In this document: positions 43,548 through 52,675 of the stretch, one piece after another | Layout of the letters: each line of letters opens with the position of its first letter | Numbering within the stretch: the stretch's first letter is position 1 | Assembly: GCA_050943615.1 (NCBI GenBank) | Contig: JBMNPN010000002.1 | Span: forward strand, 224-64,223 | DNA from: Coriobacteriales bacterium | GTDB lineage: Bacteria > Actinomycetota > Coriobacteriia > Coriobacteriales > QAMH01 | Direction: 5' to 3' | Length of the DNA: 64,000 nt | The notes under the pieces: generated by a model | The model's input: the letters and a program-made list of their open reading frames with translations, nothing else | Database searches by the model: none | Told to the model about the DNA's origin: nothing | Position numbers and translations under genes: made by a program

Positions 43548-43825
43548 AATCGCGCACGGGTTCGCAAAACGGCTGGATTGGCGTGAGAACCGCCAGGGCA
43601 TGCGCGATTCCGGGGGGCGCTCGGGGATGCGGGCGTCGCAGGCGCCGCGGCAGAAAATCGCGCACGGGTTCGCAAAACGGCTGGATTTGCGTGAGAACCG
43701 CCAGGGCGTGCGCGATTCCGGGGGGCGCTCGGGGATGCGTGCGCCGCGGCAGTCGCAGCAGAAAATCGCGCACGGGTTCGCGGAATGCTCGAGCGCGCGT
43801 GAAGGCCGGCAGGGCATGCGCGAAT
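43548..43825. repeat. family A cluster 5 (43548, 43656, 43764)
   Basis: Three 62-bp units at exact 108-bp period; the first two are nearly identical. Confidence 0.93.
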
Positions 43826-43929
43826 CCTGCATCCAGACGCAAGAAGGGCACCCGCCTCCGAACGAAGCGGGTGCCCTTCAGGGTCCTGTGCTCGCGCTAT
43901 GGCTTGAGTGCGAGGTCAGGGAGTTCCCG

Positions 43930-44265
43930 TTAGTCCTTCAGGCGAAAGAGCGCGGAGTTCGGGTGCTCTTCTGCCACCTTGGCCATCTCCTCGACGGTGC
44001 CGTAGTACATGCAGCCCGCCTGGCAGTGGTGCACGCATTTGGGCCAGCGCCCCTCGGCCACGCGGTCGGCGCACAGGTCGCACAGCGAGGTCGGCATGGG
44101 GAGGTAGTTGTACTCCCAGGTCCCGTCCTCCTTTTCGCGCGGACCGTCCTGCAGGATCTTGATGCCCCACTGGCCGGTGGGATACCCGTGCTCGGTCTTG
44201 CAGGCTATCTCGCAGGAGTGGCAGCCGGTGCAGAATTGGTAGTTGATGACAAGCGCGTTGCTCAT
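43930..44265 (-). CDS. 4Fe-4S dicluster ferredoxin subunit
   Basis: CTGCHSCEIAC and CDLC...PKCVHHCQAGC motifs. Confidence 0.92.
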   Translation of the reverse strand: MSNALVINYQFCTGCHSCEIACKTEHGYPTGQWGIKILQDGPREKEDGTWEYNYLPMPTSLCDLCADRVAEGRWPKCVHHCQAGCMYYGTVEEMAKVAEEHPNSALFRLKD

Positions 44266-44280
44266 GATGGCTCCCCTCTC

Positions 44281-46707
44281 TTATTTCAGGTTGTCGTGGG
44301 CGTATGCGGAGTTAGAGATCTCGCGTCCGCCAATGTCGGTGTTCTGCAGGTTGTAGTCGATGGGCTGGGCCTCTTCGTATTTCCAGCCGCCCTTGCGCGT
44401 GACCTGCTCGCCTGGCATGACCTTGCTGTTCTCCTCGGTGCACGGGTAGATCTTGCAGATCGTGCACTTGTACGGGGCACCGTAACCGGTGGACCCGTAT
44501 TGCATCTGAGAGGTGAGGTTGTTGATGTTGGAATCGAACACGCCGAACAGGTGCGGTTCTGCCGCCTCTTGCTCGGGGAACCACCAGCCATGGTCGGCTG
44601 CAACGACGCGCTCGTCGAAGGACGGGTCGAACACGGCCTTCTGGCGGCAGCGTCCGCGCATGTTCTCAATCCAGACCCAGTCGCCTTCCTTGATTCCGTA
44701 CTTCTCGGCGGTCTTGGGATTCATGCGGATCTGCGGGTCAGGCTGGATCTCGCGCATGTTGGGGAACTGACGGTGCTCGGAGTGGAAGTAGCCCCACATA
44801 CGGGCGCCGGTCGTCAGCACGAGCGGGTACTTTTCGCACAGCTCGGGCGTCGAATAGGGGCTCTCGGGCGGCTCTTCCCAATAGGGGACCGACTCGATGC
44901 CCCATTGCTCGAAGGGCAAGATGGAGAACTCGAAGCGCCCCGTTGCCGTCATGAAGCCGGGCTTGCCGTCGGGACGAGCAAGACCCTTCTCGTATTTCTT
45001 GTACTCGAACGGCGGGTAGTTGAGCACCTCGTGCTTGATGTCGTCGAAGTCCTTGCCGTAGACCCCGCCCCAGTCGCTGCGGTTCTTGAGGAGGAAGTTC
45101 AGCAGAGAGACGTCGTCGGTGATGCCGTATTTCTCGAGGATCTCCGGATGGCACTTGCCCACGACGGCCAGGAGGATGTCCTCGTCGGACTTTGCCTCTC
45201 CCGGCGGCTCGGTCACCTTGGTGACGGCGCGCAGCGGCGTGTACCAGGCGCGGATGCAGTTGCGCTCCGGGCTCATCGCCGCAGGTAGGATAAGGTCGGC
45301 ACAGGCCACGGCCGTCGGGGTCTTGAAGATGTCGACCACGCAGACAAAGTCGAGCTTGCGCAGCGCGCGGTACACGCGCGGTGCCTCGGCGCCCATGTTG
45401 GCGATTGGGTTGGTCGTCTGCAGCCACATCATCTTGATGGGGTAGGGCTCATCGGTCTCGATCGCGTGCAGGATCAGGTCGCTCATGGCGGTGGCAGCGT
45501 AGCCGTAAGTGTGCAGCGGCGAGACGTCATCTCCGATGCGCAGGCCCCTGACCTCGGGATCGACGTCCTCGAATCCGCAGTTGTAGGCCAAGTCGATGCG
45601 GTAGGGCTGGTCGGTCTGGATGTTGCCGCCGGGAACGTCGTAGTTGCCCGTGAGCGCGATGAGGGAGTTCACGGCCTGGGCGGCGGGGATGCCGATGCGA
45701 GACTGGTCGAGCGGCAAGCCCCACTGCAGTGCAGCCGGCTTGGCCTTGGCGTACATGCGCGCCGCCTTGCGAATATCCTCGGCCTTGACCCAGCAGATGT
45801 CCGCAGCCTTCTCGGGCGTCCATTCTTTAACTGCCTCGGCGAACTTGTCGAAGCCATAGGTCCAGCGGTCGATGAAGTCGTGGTCGTAGAGGTCCTCTTC
45901 GATGATGACGTTGGCGAATGCAAGCCCAAGGCAGGCGTCGGTGCCGGGGCGCAGGCGCAGCCAGACCTTGGCGCGCGAGGCAAGCCAAGTGAGCTTGGGG
46001 TCGACGACGATGAGCTCGGATCCGCGCTGCATCGAGTCGACGATCCAGTGCCCGAGGAAGGCATCGGAGTTCGAGACAACGGGGTTGTTGCCCCAGATGA
46101 GGATGATCTCAGGAGGAGTCCAATCCGGGTCGTCCTCGTAGCGGGTAGGCCGCGATTGCGACATGTCCGCGATCACGCTGCCGCCGTTCTGGGCGTAGTT
46201 CAGGCTCACGCGGGGCAGCATGCAGGAATCGCCGGAGAGAAAGCCGAGCGAGAAGTTGGGAGATCCGAACGCCCAGTAGCACAGCATCGGCGCCTGCCAG
46301 CAGGCGTTGCGGCCCGTGCCCATCATGGCAGCGATGGATTGTGGTCCGTACTCCTTCTGGATGCGCTTGACGTGGTCGTCGATGATGTCGAGGGCCTCGT
46401 CCCAGGTGACGCGCTCCCACTTGTCCTCGCCGCGCTCGCCTACGCGCTTGAGCGGGTATTTCAGTCGTTCAGGACTGTTGATTTCCTCGATGTAGTTCAG
46501 GCAGCGCAGGCACAGGCGGCCGCGGTTGAACGGGCTGTTCGGGTCGCCTTCGACCTTGACGAGCTTTCCGTCCTTGTCAGTGTAGTAGATGATCCCGCAA
46601 CCCTCATGGCAGCCTGGGCCTGACCACGTGCAGGAACGCGTGGCAGTCAGATCCCCATCTTGCCACTGCCACTCGTCTGCCTTGTAGAGCTCTTTGTTGT
46701 ACTCCAT
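44281..46707 (-). CDS. molybdopterin (bis-MGD) oxidoreductase catalytic subunit, acetylene hydratase/catechol dehydroxylase-like
   Basis: CTWSGPGCHEGC...LCLRC Fe-S motif, RLKYPLKR, WGNNP, VVDPK, LRPGTD, DIFKTPTA..AD, C-terminal LTTG..YFHSEHRQ; no Tat signal. Confidence 0.92.
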   Translation of the reverse strand: MEYNKELYKADEWQWQDGDLTATRSCTWSGPGCHEGCGIIYYTDKDGKLVKVEGDPNSPFNRGRLCLRCLNYIEEINSPERLKYPLKRVGERGEDKWERVTWDEALDIIDDHVKRIQKEYGPQSIAAMMGTGRNACWQAPMLCYWAFGSPNFSLGFLSGDSCMLPRVSLNYAQNGGSVIADMSQSRPTRYEDDPDWTPPEIILIWGNNPVVSNSDAFLGHWIVDSMQRGSELIVVDPKLTWLASRAKVWLRLRPGTDACLGLAFANVIIEEDLYDHDFIDRWTYGFDKFAEAVKEWTPEKAADICWVKAEDIRKAARMYAKAKPAALQWGLPLDQSRIGIPAAQAVNSLIALTGNYDVPGGNIQTDQPYRIDLAYNCGFEDVDPEVRGLRIGDDVSPLHTYGYAATAMSDLILHAIETDEPYPIKMMWLQTTNPIANMGAEAPRVYRALRKLDFVCVVDIFKTPTAVACADLILPAAMSPERNCIRAWYTPLRAVTKVTEPPGEAKSDEDILLAVVGKCHPEILEKYGITDDVSLLNFLLKNRSDWGGVYGKDFDDIKHEVLNYPPFEYKKYEKGLARPDGKPGFMTATGRFEFSILPFEQWGIESVPYWEEPPESPYSTPELCEKYPLVLTTGARMWGYFHSEHRQFPNMREIQPDPQIRMNPKTAEKYGIKEGDWVWIENMRGRCRQKAVFDPSFDERVVAADHGWWFPEQEAAEPHLFGVFDSNINNLTSQMQYGSTGYGAPYKCTICKIYPCTEENSKVMPGEQVTRKGGWKYEEAQPIDYNLQNTDIGGREISNSAYAHDNLK

Positions 46708-46970
46708 TGCGTTTCCTCGCTCTCTCTTTCTGCAGTCCGAACACGTGCGTGGCGTCGTGAATCAGTCTTTCGTCTCCTTTCCCGACGCGTTTTTCGGTGA
46801 GTTTCATCACCAAAAATTCTATGGAGGAAGCGCGTGAGAGCCCGGTGCCCCTCTGGTCGAAAACCGGGCGGGCATTTTGCGCACTATGGCTGTTGCCGTT
46901 CAATCAGGGCGTCGCAAGATAGATTTGCCTGCCTGTATCAATGCGCGAACAAGAAGGAAGAGGAGGTGCC

Positions 46971-47213
46971 ATGCCCTGCTACCAGTGCTCGAAATGCGGC
47001 AGATGCGGGATGCTCTCGACGAGCGCGGACGTCGTCTGCGGCCGCTGCGGGGCGCCGACGCTTCCCGGCCAGGCGTTCTGCGAAAAGTGCGGGGCACCGC
47101 TCGGCACAAACGGTCGCGGGATCAACTTTGTCTGGAAGGGCGGAACGGCTGCGAGTCGGAACCCGTCGCAAAGAGCAGGCGGGTTGGCAGCTGCTCGTGA
47201 AAGCCCGTCTTAG
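46971..47213 (+). CDS. small Cys-rich double zinc-ribbon protein
   Basis: MPCYQCSKCGRC...CGRCG...FCEKCGAPL; GAGGAGG RBS before ATG 46971. Confidence 0.7.
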   Translation: MPCYQCSKCGRCGMLSTSADVVCGRCGAPTLPGQAFCEKCGAPLGTNGRGINFVWKGGTAASRNPSQRAGGLAAARESPS

Positions 47214-48763
47214 CTGGGCGGCTGGCTGTTTTCATGCGCGTTGCCCTCTTTGTAGGAGAGCAGGCGAATCGAGAACTCAAGGTCGAAGTACTGGTCGTGG
47301 TCACGCAGGTCGATGCCGCAGAGCCGCTCGATTTGCTGGATCCGGTAGCGCATGGTGCTGCGCTGGATGAAGAGGTCCTTTGCGGCGGCCACCTGGTTTC
47401 CGCCATGTTCGAAAAGAGAGGCCAGCGTCTCGCAAAGGGAACTGCCCGTCTCTGCATCGTACTCGAGAATCTTTGCGATGCCGGGGTGCAAAAAGCTGCT
47501 CGGGTCGTCGCTTTGCAGACAGGCCTCGTAGGGAGCATACGAACGGCAATCGGCATAGAGGTGCAGAGCGCGCGTATCCCCGAGTCGCTCTCCAATGAGG
47601 ATCGCCGCGCTCGCCTGACGGTAGAGGTGCATGAGCGCAGAGACGTCATCTTCCGGCTCAGAACACCCCGCGACAAGCGAACGGCTCGCAAGATAGCGCT
47701 CGAGCTTTCTCTCTTCCGCCTCGTCGAGCTGGCCGGTCTCGTTGTTGACGACGACAACGAGCTCCTGCGCCTTCCTGACCGTTTCGCTGCGGGCGACGAT
47801 TGTCCTGAGGTCCGAGGAGAAGGCCGTCTGCTCGTGGCCGTTGAGGAAACGGTGCGGGGAGGAGACGACGATGACGCAGAATGCACGATCGACCTGCAGG
47901 CGGTGGTTGAAGAGATACGCATCGATATCCTGCTGGGACTCGATGTTGCCGAGCAGAATCTCGGAGTAGAGCTTTGAGAGGGCATCGTGCTCGTTCGGCT
48001 CGCGCCGCCGATTGCCGGTAAGGGCGAGGCTTGCAAGGGAGCAGAAGAACCTGAGGCACTGGCTGTCGCCTTCGGTGATGGCGCGGCTCTTCGAGATGAG
48101 GCAGGCGACGGGGGAGTCTGCATCGTTCCTGTTCAAAGAGCAGGCAGACATCGATCTGTCGAACGTCACGAACTCGTCCACGTACCCCTTTTCGGAAAGC
48201 GCCCTGAAAAGACGGGGGATGTCCACTTCGTCTTCCGAGAACCCGAGCGTGTCCACGTAGGTCCTGTCCTTCTGTACCCACAGCGAGTCGGGCATCGTGT
48301 CGCTTTTCGTACTGGCGATGACTTTGAGGTTGCGGTCGATCACGATCAAGGGGTTGCCGAGGAGCTCGTGTGCGGTTTCCACCATGCGCTGCACGGAATG
48401 GGTCTCGCTGAGGTCGTCGAGCAGGCGATCGCCCCAAGACCTGTACCAGCTCAAGACGTTGGAGGCACGTTCGACGATCTGGTCAAGGGAACGCCCGCCG
48501 GTTTCCAGGGAAATCGCGCAAGAGGCGCCCGCGGGCAGCTCATACGGCCCCTCGTGGCAGAGCACCAGGCGCGCAGCGTTGCCGATAGTGGTGACTGCAT
48601 CGTCGTCAGGGCGTGCGAAGGGGGCGGCGTGCTTGGGGAGAACGGCACCGGAGCTGAGACGTACTGCCCGGTCAACGGGAAGCGATGCATCGAAACCGGG
48701 GCCCTTTTCACAGGCAAAGCGCCCGGATAGCCCGTCGAACAGCATTGCCATCGTGACGCGCAT
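47210..48763 (-). CDS. PucR/CdaR-family transcriptional regulator
   Basis: C-terminal LCETLASLFEHGGNQVAAAKDLFIQRSTMRYRIQQIE HTH; AAGGAGG RBS. Confidence 0.9.
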   Translation of the reverse strand: MRVTMAMLFDGLSGRFACEKGPGFDASLPVDRAVRLSSGAVLPKHAAPFARPDDDAVTTIGNAARLVLCHEGPYELPAGASCAISLETGGRSLDQIVERASNVLSWYRSWGDRLLDDLSETHSVQRMVETAHELLGNPLIVIDRNLKVIASTKSDTMPDSLWVQKDRTYVDTLGFSEDEVDIPRLFRALSEKGYVDEFVTFDRSMSACSLNRNDADSPVACLISKSRAITEGDSQCLRFFCSLASLALTGNRRREPNEHDALSKLYSEILLGNIESQQDIDAYLFNHRLQVDRAFCVIVVSSPHRFLNGHEQTAFSSDLRTIVARSETVRKAQELVVVVNNETGQLDEAEERKLERYLASRSLVAGCSEPEDDVSALMHLYRQASAAILIGERLGDTRALHLYADCRSYAPYEACLQSDDPSSFLHPGIAKILEYDAETGSSLCETLASLFEHGGNQVAAAKDLFIQRSTMRYRIQQIERLCGIDLRDHDQYFDLEFSIRLLSYKEGNAHENSQPPS

Positions 48764-48882
48764 GCCGCTCCTCCTTTTCGTGGGACTCGGAGACCGTTCA
48801 GGTTGCCAAAGTCCATTTTAGCAAGCGTTCGCGGTCCCAGCGATGTTTGAGCAGCACCTGCGAGATGCCAGAGCCGCAGCCT

Positions 48883-50325
48883 CTAGATTCGCCAGAACTT
48901 CCAGAGCCACTTGACCTTGCCGACCTGCTTGGACACGTTCTTGTAGAACGTGCGGTAATAGGATTTGACCCGCTTCAAATCTTCTTTGGTGGCACGCTCG
49001 TCGCCGTAGCCTGCGCGCATGTAGGCAAGCGTGACCTGCAGAAAATCGGTTTTTGTGGTGAGGTCGACATACGGCTCGAGCTGGTTGGCAGAGGCGAGCG
49101 CGAACTCCATGGGCGTGAGGCTCTCGGGCTTTCTGATGCCCAGGCGCTTGAAGCGCGTGAGAAGGAACTCGTAAATCCAGATGACTTGTTCTGATACCGG
49201 CTTATCTGCGATTTTCTCCAGCCTGCGCGTTCTCTGGCGCCGTCTGAGCACTATCACGGCGATAATTGCCGCGACGACGAGCGCGATGAGCACGAGGTTG
49301 TGCCAGTCGCTCAAGTTGTAGCCGATAGTCTGGAACTGCTGGTTCCAGTCGCTGCTGTCATATCCGTTCGGGGACTTGCTGGCCTTTTCTTCCTGCGAGG
49401 CGGAAGTGCCGTTCTGCGTCTCCGTGTCTTGCTGGGTGCCGCCCTCGGCGTTTTTGCGGGTGTCGTTTTTCTTGTCCTCGTTGATGTTGCTCGTCTTGAT
49501 ATCGGGGTTGACGATCTCCTTGCGGGAATAGACGCCCGTGTACTCGACGACGGGCCGCTGGTAGTAATCCTGGAAGGGCTTGAAGTTCGGGGTGGAGAGG
49601 TTGAGCCCTGCGATGATTCCAAAGAACACGGCAACGCCCACGAGCAGGCAGATTAGTGCGGTGACAAGCGAAAATCCACATGCCCCGCCAAAGACGGCGC
49701 GCCCGATTCGTTTTGCAGAGTAGACGCTCGCCCGGTAGCGCTGGTTGATATAGCAGGCCCCGCATCCGAGGTAGACGACCAGAGAGGCGAGCACGCCAGG
49801 TTGCGAGCTGATCCAGTCGCGGTAGAAGAACTGGATGACCGCGCAGGCGAGCACGCCCAGGATAAAGAGGATAGCCACACCCCAGGTGCGGCGCGAGAGC
49901 AGGTACGTGACAAGCGGAACGAGGACGAGCACGAGCCCGAAGACGTAATAGTTGCCCTCGACGTCGTTTACCTGCCCGTTGGCAAAGAACGGGGTGCCGG
50001 CAGGTTCGCTTGCACCTAAGAGGGCAAGCACGATTGCCGCCAACACCAAGTAGCAGATTGCGCAGGGCAAGAGCGCCCGCTTCGACCATGCGCCGGCAAA
50101 GAGCACGATGAGGAGCACCGCGCACACCCCAGCCTCGAGCAGTACGTTTCCGCGCAGGTCAGGAGCGCTGTTGAACCCATACGATACCGTGTAGACCAGT
50201 CCCGTCGAGACGATGAGGACCAAGAGGAAATCGAAAACGGAAGAGCGCAAGAAGAGCGAGAGACGCTGCGATTTCTGCCCGTTTTCGCCGCGTGACCGGC
50301 TGCCGTTTCTAACTGCTGCAGGCAT
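48883..50325 (-). CDS. multi-TM protein with C-terminal DUF4129-like domain
   Basis: Same architecture as 14763-16202 (LTPMEFA...YMRAGYG; both end WKFWRI/WRFWRI). Confidence 0.72.
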   Translation of the reverse strand: MPAAVRNGSRSRGENGQKSQRLSLFLRSSVFDFLLVLIVSTGLVYTVSYGFNSAPDLRGNVLLEAGVCAVLLIVLFAGAWSKRALLPCAICYLVLAAIVLALLGASEPAGTPFFANGQVNDVEGNYYVFGLVLVLVPLVTYLLSRRTWGVAILFILGVLACAVIQFFYRDWISSQPGVLASLVVYLGCGACYINQRYRASVYSAKRIGRAVFGGACGFSLVTALICLLVGVAVFFGIIAGLNLSTPNFKPFQDYYQRPVVEYTGVYSRKEIVNPDIKTSNINEDKKNDTRKNAEGGTQQDTETQNGTSASQEEKASKSPNGYDSSDWNQQFQTIGYNLSDWHNLVLIALVVAAIIAVIVLRRRQRTRRLEKIADKPVSEQVIWIYEFLLTRFKRLGIRKPESLTPMEFALASANQLEPYVDLTTKTDFLQVTLAYMRAGYGDERATKEDLKRVKSYYRTFYKNVSKQVGKVKWLWKFWRI

Positions 50326-51686
50326 TACAGGACCGCCCCCTCCAGCTGCTTGGAATCCGAAAGCACGAGGTAGGGGATGTTCGCCCCGTCGAGCTGCCGC
50401 AGGGGCGCAACGTACTTGTCCAGATCGCTTTCCACGAGACGCCTGGGCACAACCGCGATCATAAATGGAGCGCGTCGGCGGCTCTTGAGTCCTAGAAGCG
50501 TGGAGACCGTCTCCGCCGTGATGTTCGCGCTGACCACCACGACGTTGTTCTCGCCCTGCCTCCCGGCTGTCTCGCGGTTGATGAGGTCGAGGGTTTCCCC
50601 GCGGCGATCCTTGTCAATGGACATCTGCGGCATGTCCGCTATGAGCTTTGGCATGTCGTCGGTGCGCCACGTCGTGAGACGGGCAGTCTCTCCGTAGCGG
50701 TTCTTGAAGAGCACTTCGGTGTCGAATCCGCGGCGCTGGGCATAGTGCGCAATGGAAAGCCCCGATTCCACGACGGCATCGTATTCTGCCATGAGCGTCT
50801 CGGCGTCGTCTTCCGGCGCGGTAAAGTCCAAGAACACCGCGACGCCCGGATTCGTGTAGCGCTCGAAGAGCCGCGTGTAGTAGCCGCCGTCGGGCTTTCG
50901 CGAGGAGAGCTTCCAGTGGATGGTCTTCAACGGGTCGCCAGGCGTGTAATCGCGCACGTACGCGTAGTCCATCGAATCGGCGATGATGGACTTTGCCGCC
51001 TGCAACGACTCCGTTTCGGCATCGGACGAAAAGTGGATTTCCGCAATCTCGCGCAGATGGGGCGTGACGAGAACAGACTGTGTGCGGCCGCTTTCGAGCG
51101 TTGCCGTGAAAAGTCCCAGAAAATCGGAGAGCACAATCTTGTCGAGTCCCGCCTGGTACTTGCCGATATGCGAAAAGCGCGTCGCAAAGGGCAGGTCATA
51201 GCGCTCGAAGGGAGTGAGCGTGATGGACGTGCTCGCCTCGCTCGCATTGTTTCCGAACATATCGGAAATGTAGAACACCGGCTCGACGGGAAAACAGAAG
51301 AACGGCGTCTTGTTGTGGAAGTGAATCGTGAAGTGAACTTCGGAGTCTCGAGCGCAATCGCGCAGGTCAGAGTCTTCTTCGAAACTGATTCCGCGTTTCA
51401 AGACGCGCACGTAAAACCAGGAGGCCACGATGGCGAAGACGAGCATGATGAACGGCACCCAGCCAATGGCCGTGGCGTGGTAGTCGTTGCTGCCCACGAG
51501 CAGGGCAAGCGCGCCGCAAAGCACGACGACGACGCTTGTCACGAGAAACTTCAGCACCGGGTGCTTTGAACGCGCCGATGCGTTCTGCGCACGTTTCACG
51601 GCACGCCGACGCTCGCGTTCGCCCTTGCGCTTTTCTCGGCGCTTGCGAAGCTGAAAACCCTGATTTTTGAGACTTACAGTGTCCAT
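50325..51686 (-). CDS. DUF58 domain membrane protein
   Basis: YVRDYTPGDPLKTIHWKLSSR; paralog of 13423-14766. Confidence 0.88.
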   Translation of the reverse strand: MDTVSLKNQGFQLRKRREKRKGERERRRAVKRAQNASARSKHPVLKFLVTSVVVVLCGALALLVGSNDYHATAIGWVPFIMLVFAIVASWFYVRVLKRGISFEEDSDLRDCARDSEVHFTIHFHNKTPFFCFPVEPVFYISDMFGNNASEASTSITLTPFERYDLPFATRFSHIGKYQAGLDKIVLSDFLGLFTATLESGRTQSVLVTPHLREIAEIHFSSDAETESLQAAKSIIADSMDYAYVRDYTPGDPLKTIHWKLSSRKPDGGYYTRLFERYTNPGVAVFLDFTAPEDDAETLMAEYDAVVESGLSIAHYAQRRGFDTEVLFKNRYGETARLTTWRTDDMPKLIADMPQMSIDKDRRGETLDLINRETAGRQGENNVVVVSANITAETVSTLLGLKSRRRAPFMIAVVPRRLVESDLDKYVAPLRQLDGANIPYLVLSDSKQLEGAVL

Positions 51687-51694
51687 GCTCTTGT

Positions 51695-52675
51695 CTAGAC
51701 CGTCGTTCCTTTGAGGTCGGCGGCAGAGACCGTCGGTACGGCGATGGAGTCGAGGATGCTCGCGATGACGCCCTTGCCGTCCTTTCCGTCGATCTTTGCC
51801 TCGTGCGTGAGGATGAGGCGGTGCGCGAGCACGTAGGGCGCAAGGTACTTGATGTCATCGGGGATCACGTAGGAGCGGCCGCGCATCAGCGCGTTGGCGC
51901 GCGCGAGCTCGATTAGTGCGATGGTGCCACGGGGAGACGCGCCGCAGCTGCACTCGTGCGTGGTGCGCGTGGCGCCGACGATCTGCACCGCATAGCGCGC
52001 GATTGCCTCGGAAACGTGCACCTCTTCGGCCATGTTCTGCAGTCGGATGGCATCCTCGCGTGTTGCCACGGCGCGTATCGCCGCCTTCGCCGCCTTGCTC
52101 TCGAGGGCGACCTTCACCTCCTCCTCGGGCAGGGGATAGCCCATGGAGAGCTTGATGAGGAAACGGTCGAGCTGCGCTTCGGGAAGGGGATAGGTGCCGT
52201 ACTGCTCGATGGGGTTCTGCGTGGCGAGCACCATGAAGGGCTCTTTGAGCCGGTGCGTTACGCCGTCGACGGTCACCTGCCGCTCTTCCATCGCCTCGAG
52301 CAATGCGGCCTGGGTCTTTGCCGAGGCGCGGTTGATCTCGTCGATGAGGACGAGGTTGCTCATCACGCCGCCGGGTCGGAACTCGAAGTCATGCGTTTTC
52401 TGGTTGAAGATGGAAAAGCCGGTCACGTCGGAGGGCATGACATCCGGGGTGAACTGCATGCGGTTGAAGTCGCAGTCGATGGTCTTTGCAAAGGCGCGCA
52501 CGAGGGATGTCTTTCCCGTGCCGGGCAGGTCCTCCAAAAGCACATGGCCTTTTGCGATGAACGCCATGACCACAAGCTCGACGGCCTCGCGCTTTCCGAC
52601 GATGACGGTCTCGATGTTGTCCGCAATCTTTTCCAGGGCATCTGCGGCCCTGCCTGCATTTGCTTCGCTAAGCAC
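51695..52675 (-). CDS. MoxR-family AAA+ ATPase
   Basis: EDLPGTGKT, IDEINRA, ATQNPIEQYGTYPL; GTG start overlaps the ATPase TAG. Confidence 0.95.
   Translation of the reverse strand: MLSEANAGRAADALEKIADNIETVIVGKREAVELVVMAFIAKGHVLLEDLPGTGKTSLVRAFAKTIDCDFNRMQFTPDVMPSDVTGFSIFNQKTHDFEFRPGGVMSNLVLIDEINRASAKTQAALLEAMEERQVTVDGVTHRLKEPFMVLATQNPIEQYGTYPLPEAQLDRFLIKLSMGYPLPEEEVKVALESKAAKAAIRAVATREDAIRLQNMAEEVHVSEAIARYAVQIVGATRTTHECSCGASPRGTIALIELARANALMRGRSYVIPDDIKYLAPYVLAHRLILTHEAKIDGKDGKGVIASILDSIAVPTVSAADLKGTTV

Noticed and set aside
32230-43825. Family A clusters as CRISPR arrays
   Set aside because: Only 2-5 units per cluster, irregular period (108-146 bp), degenerate repeats, cores related within a cluster, and no cas genes in the window.
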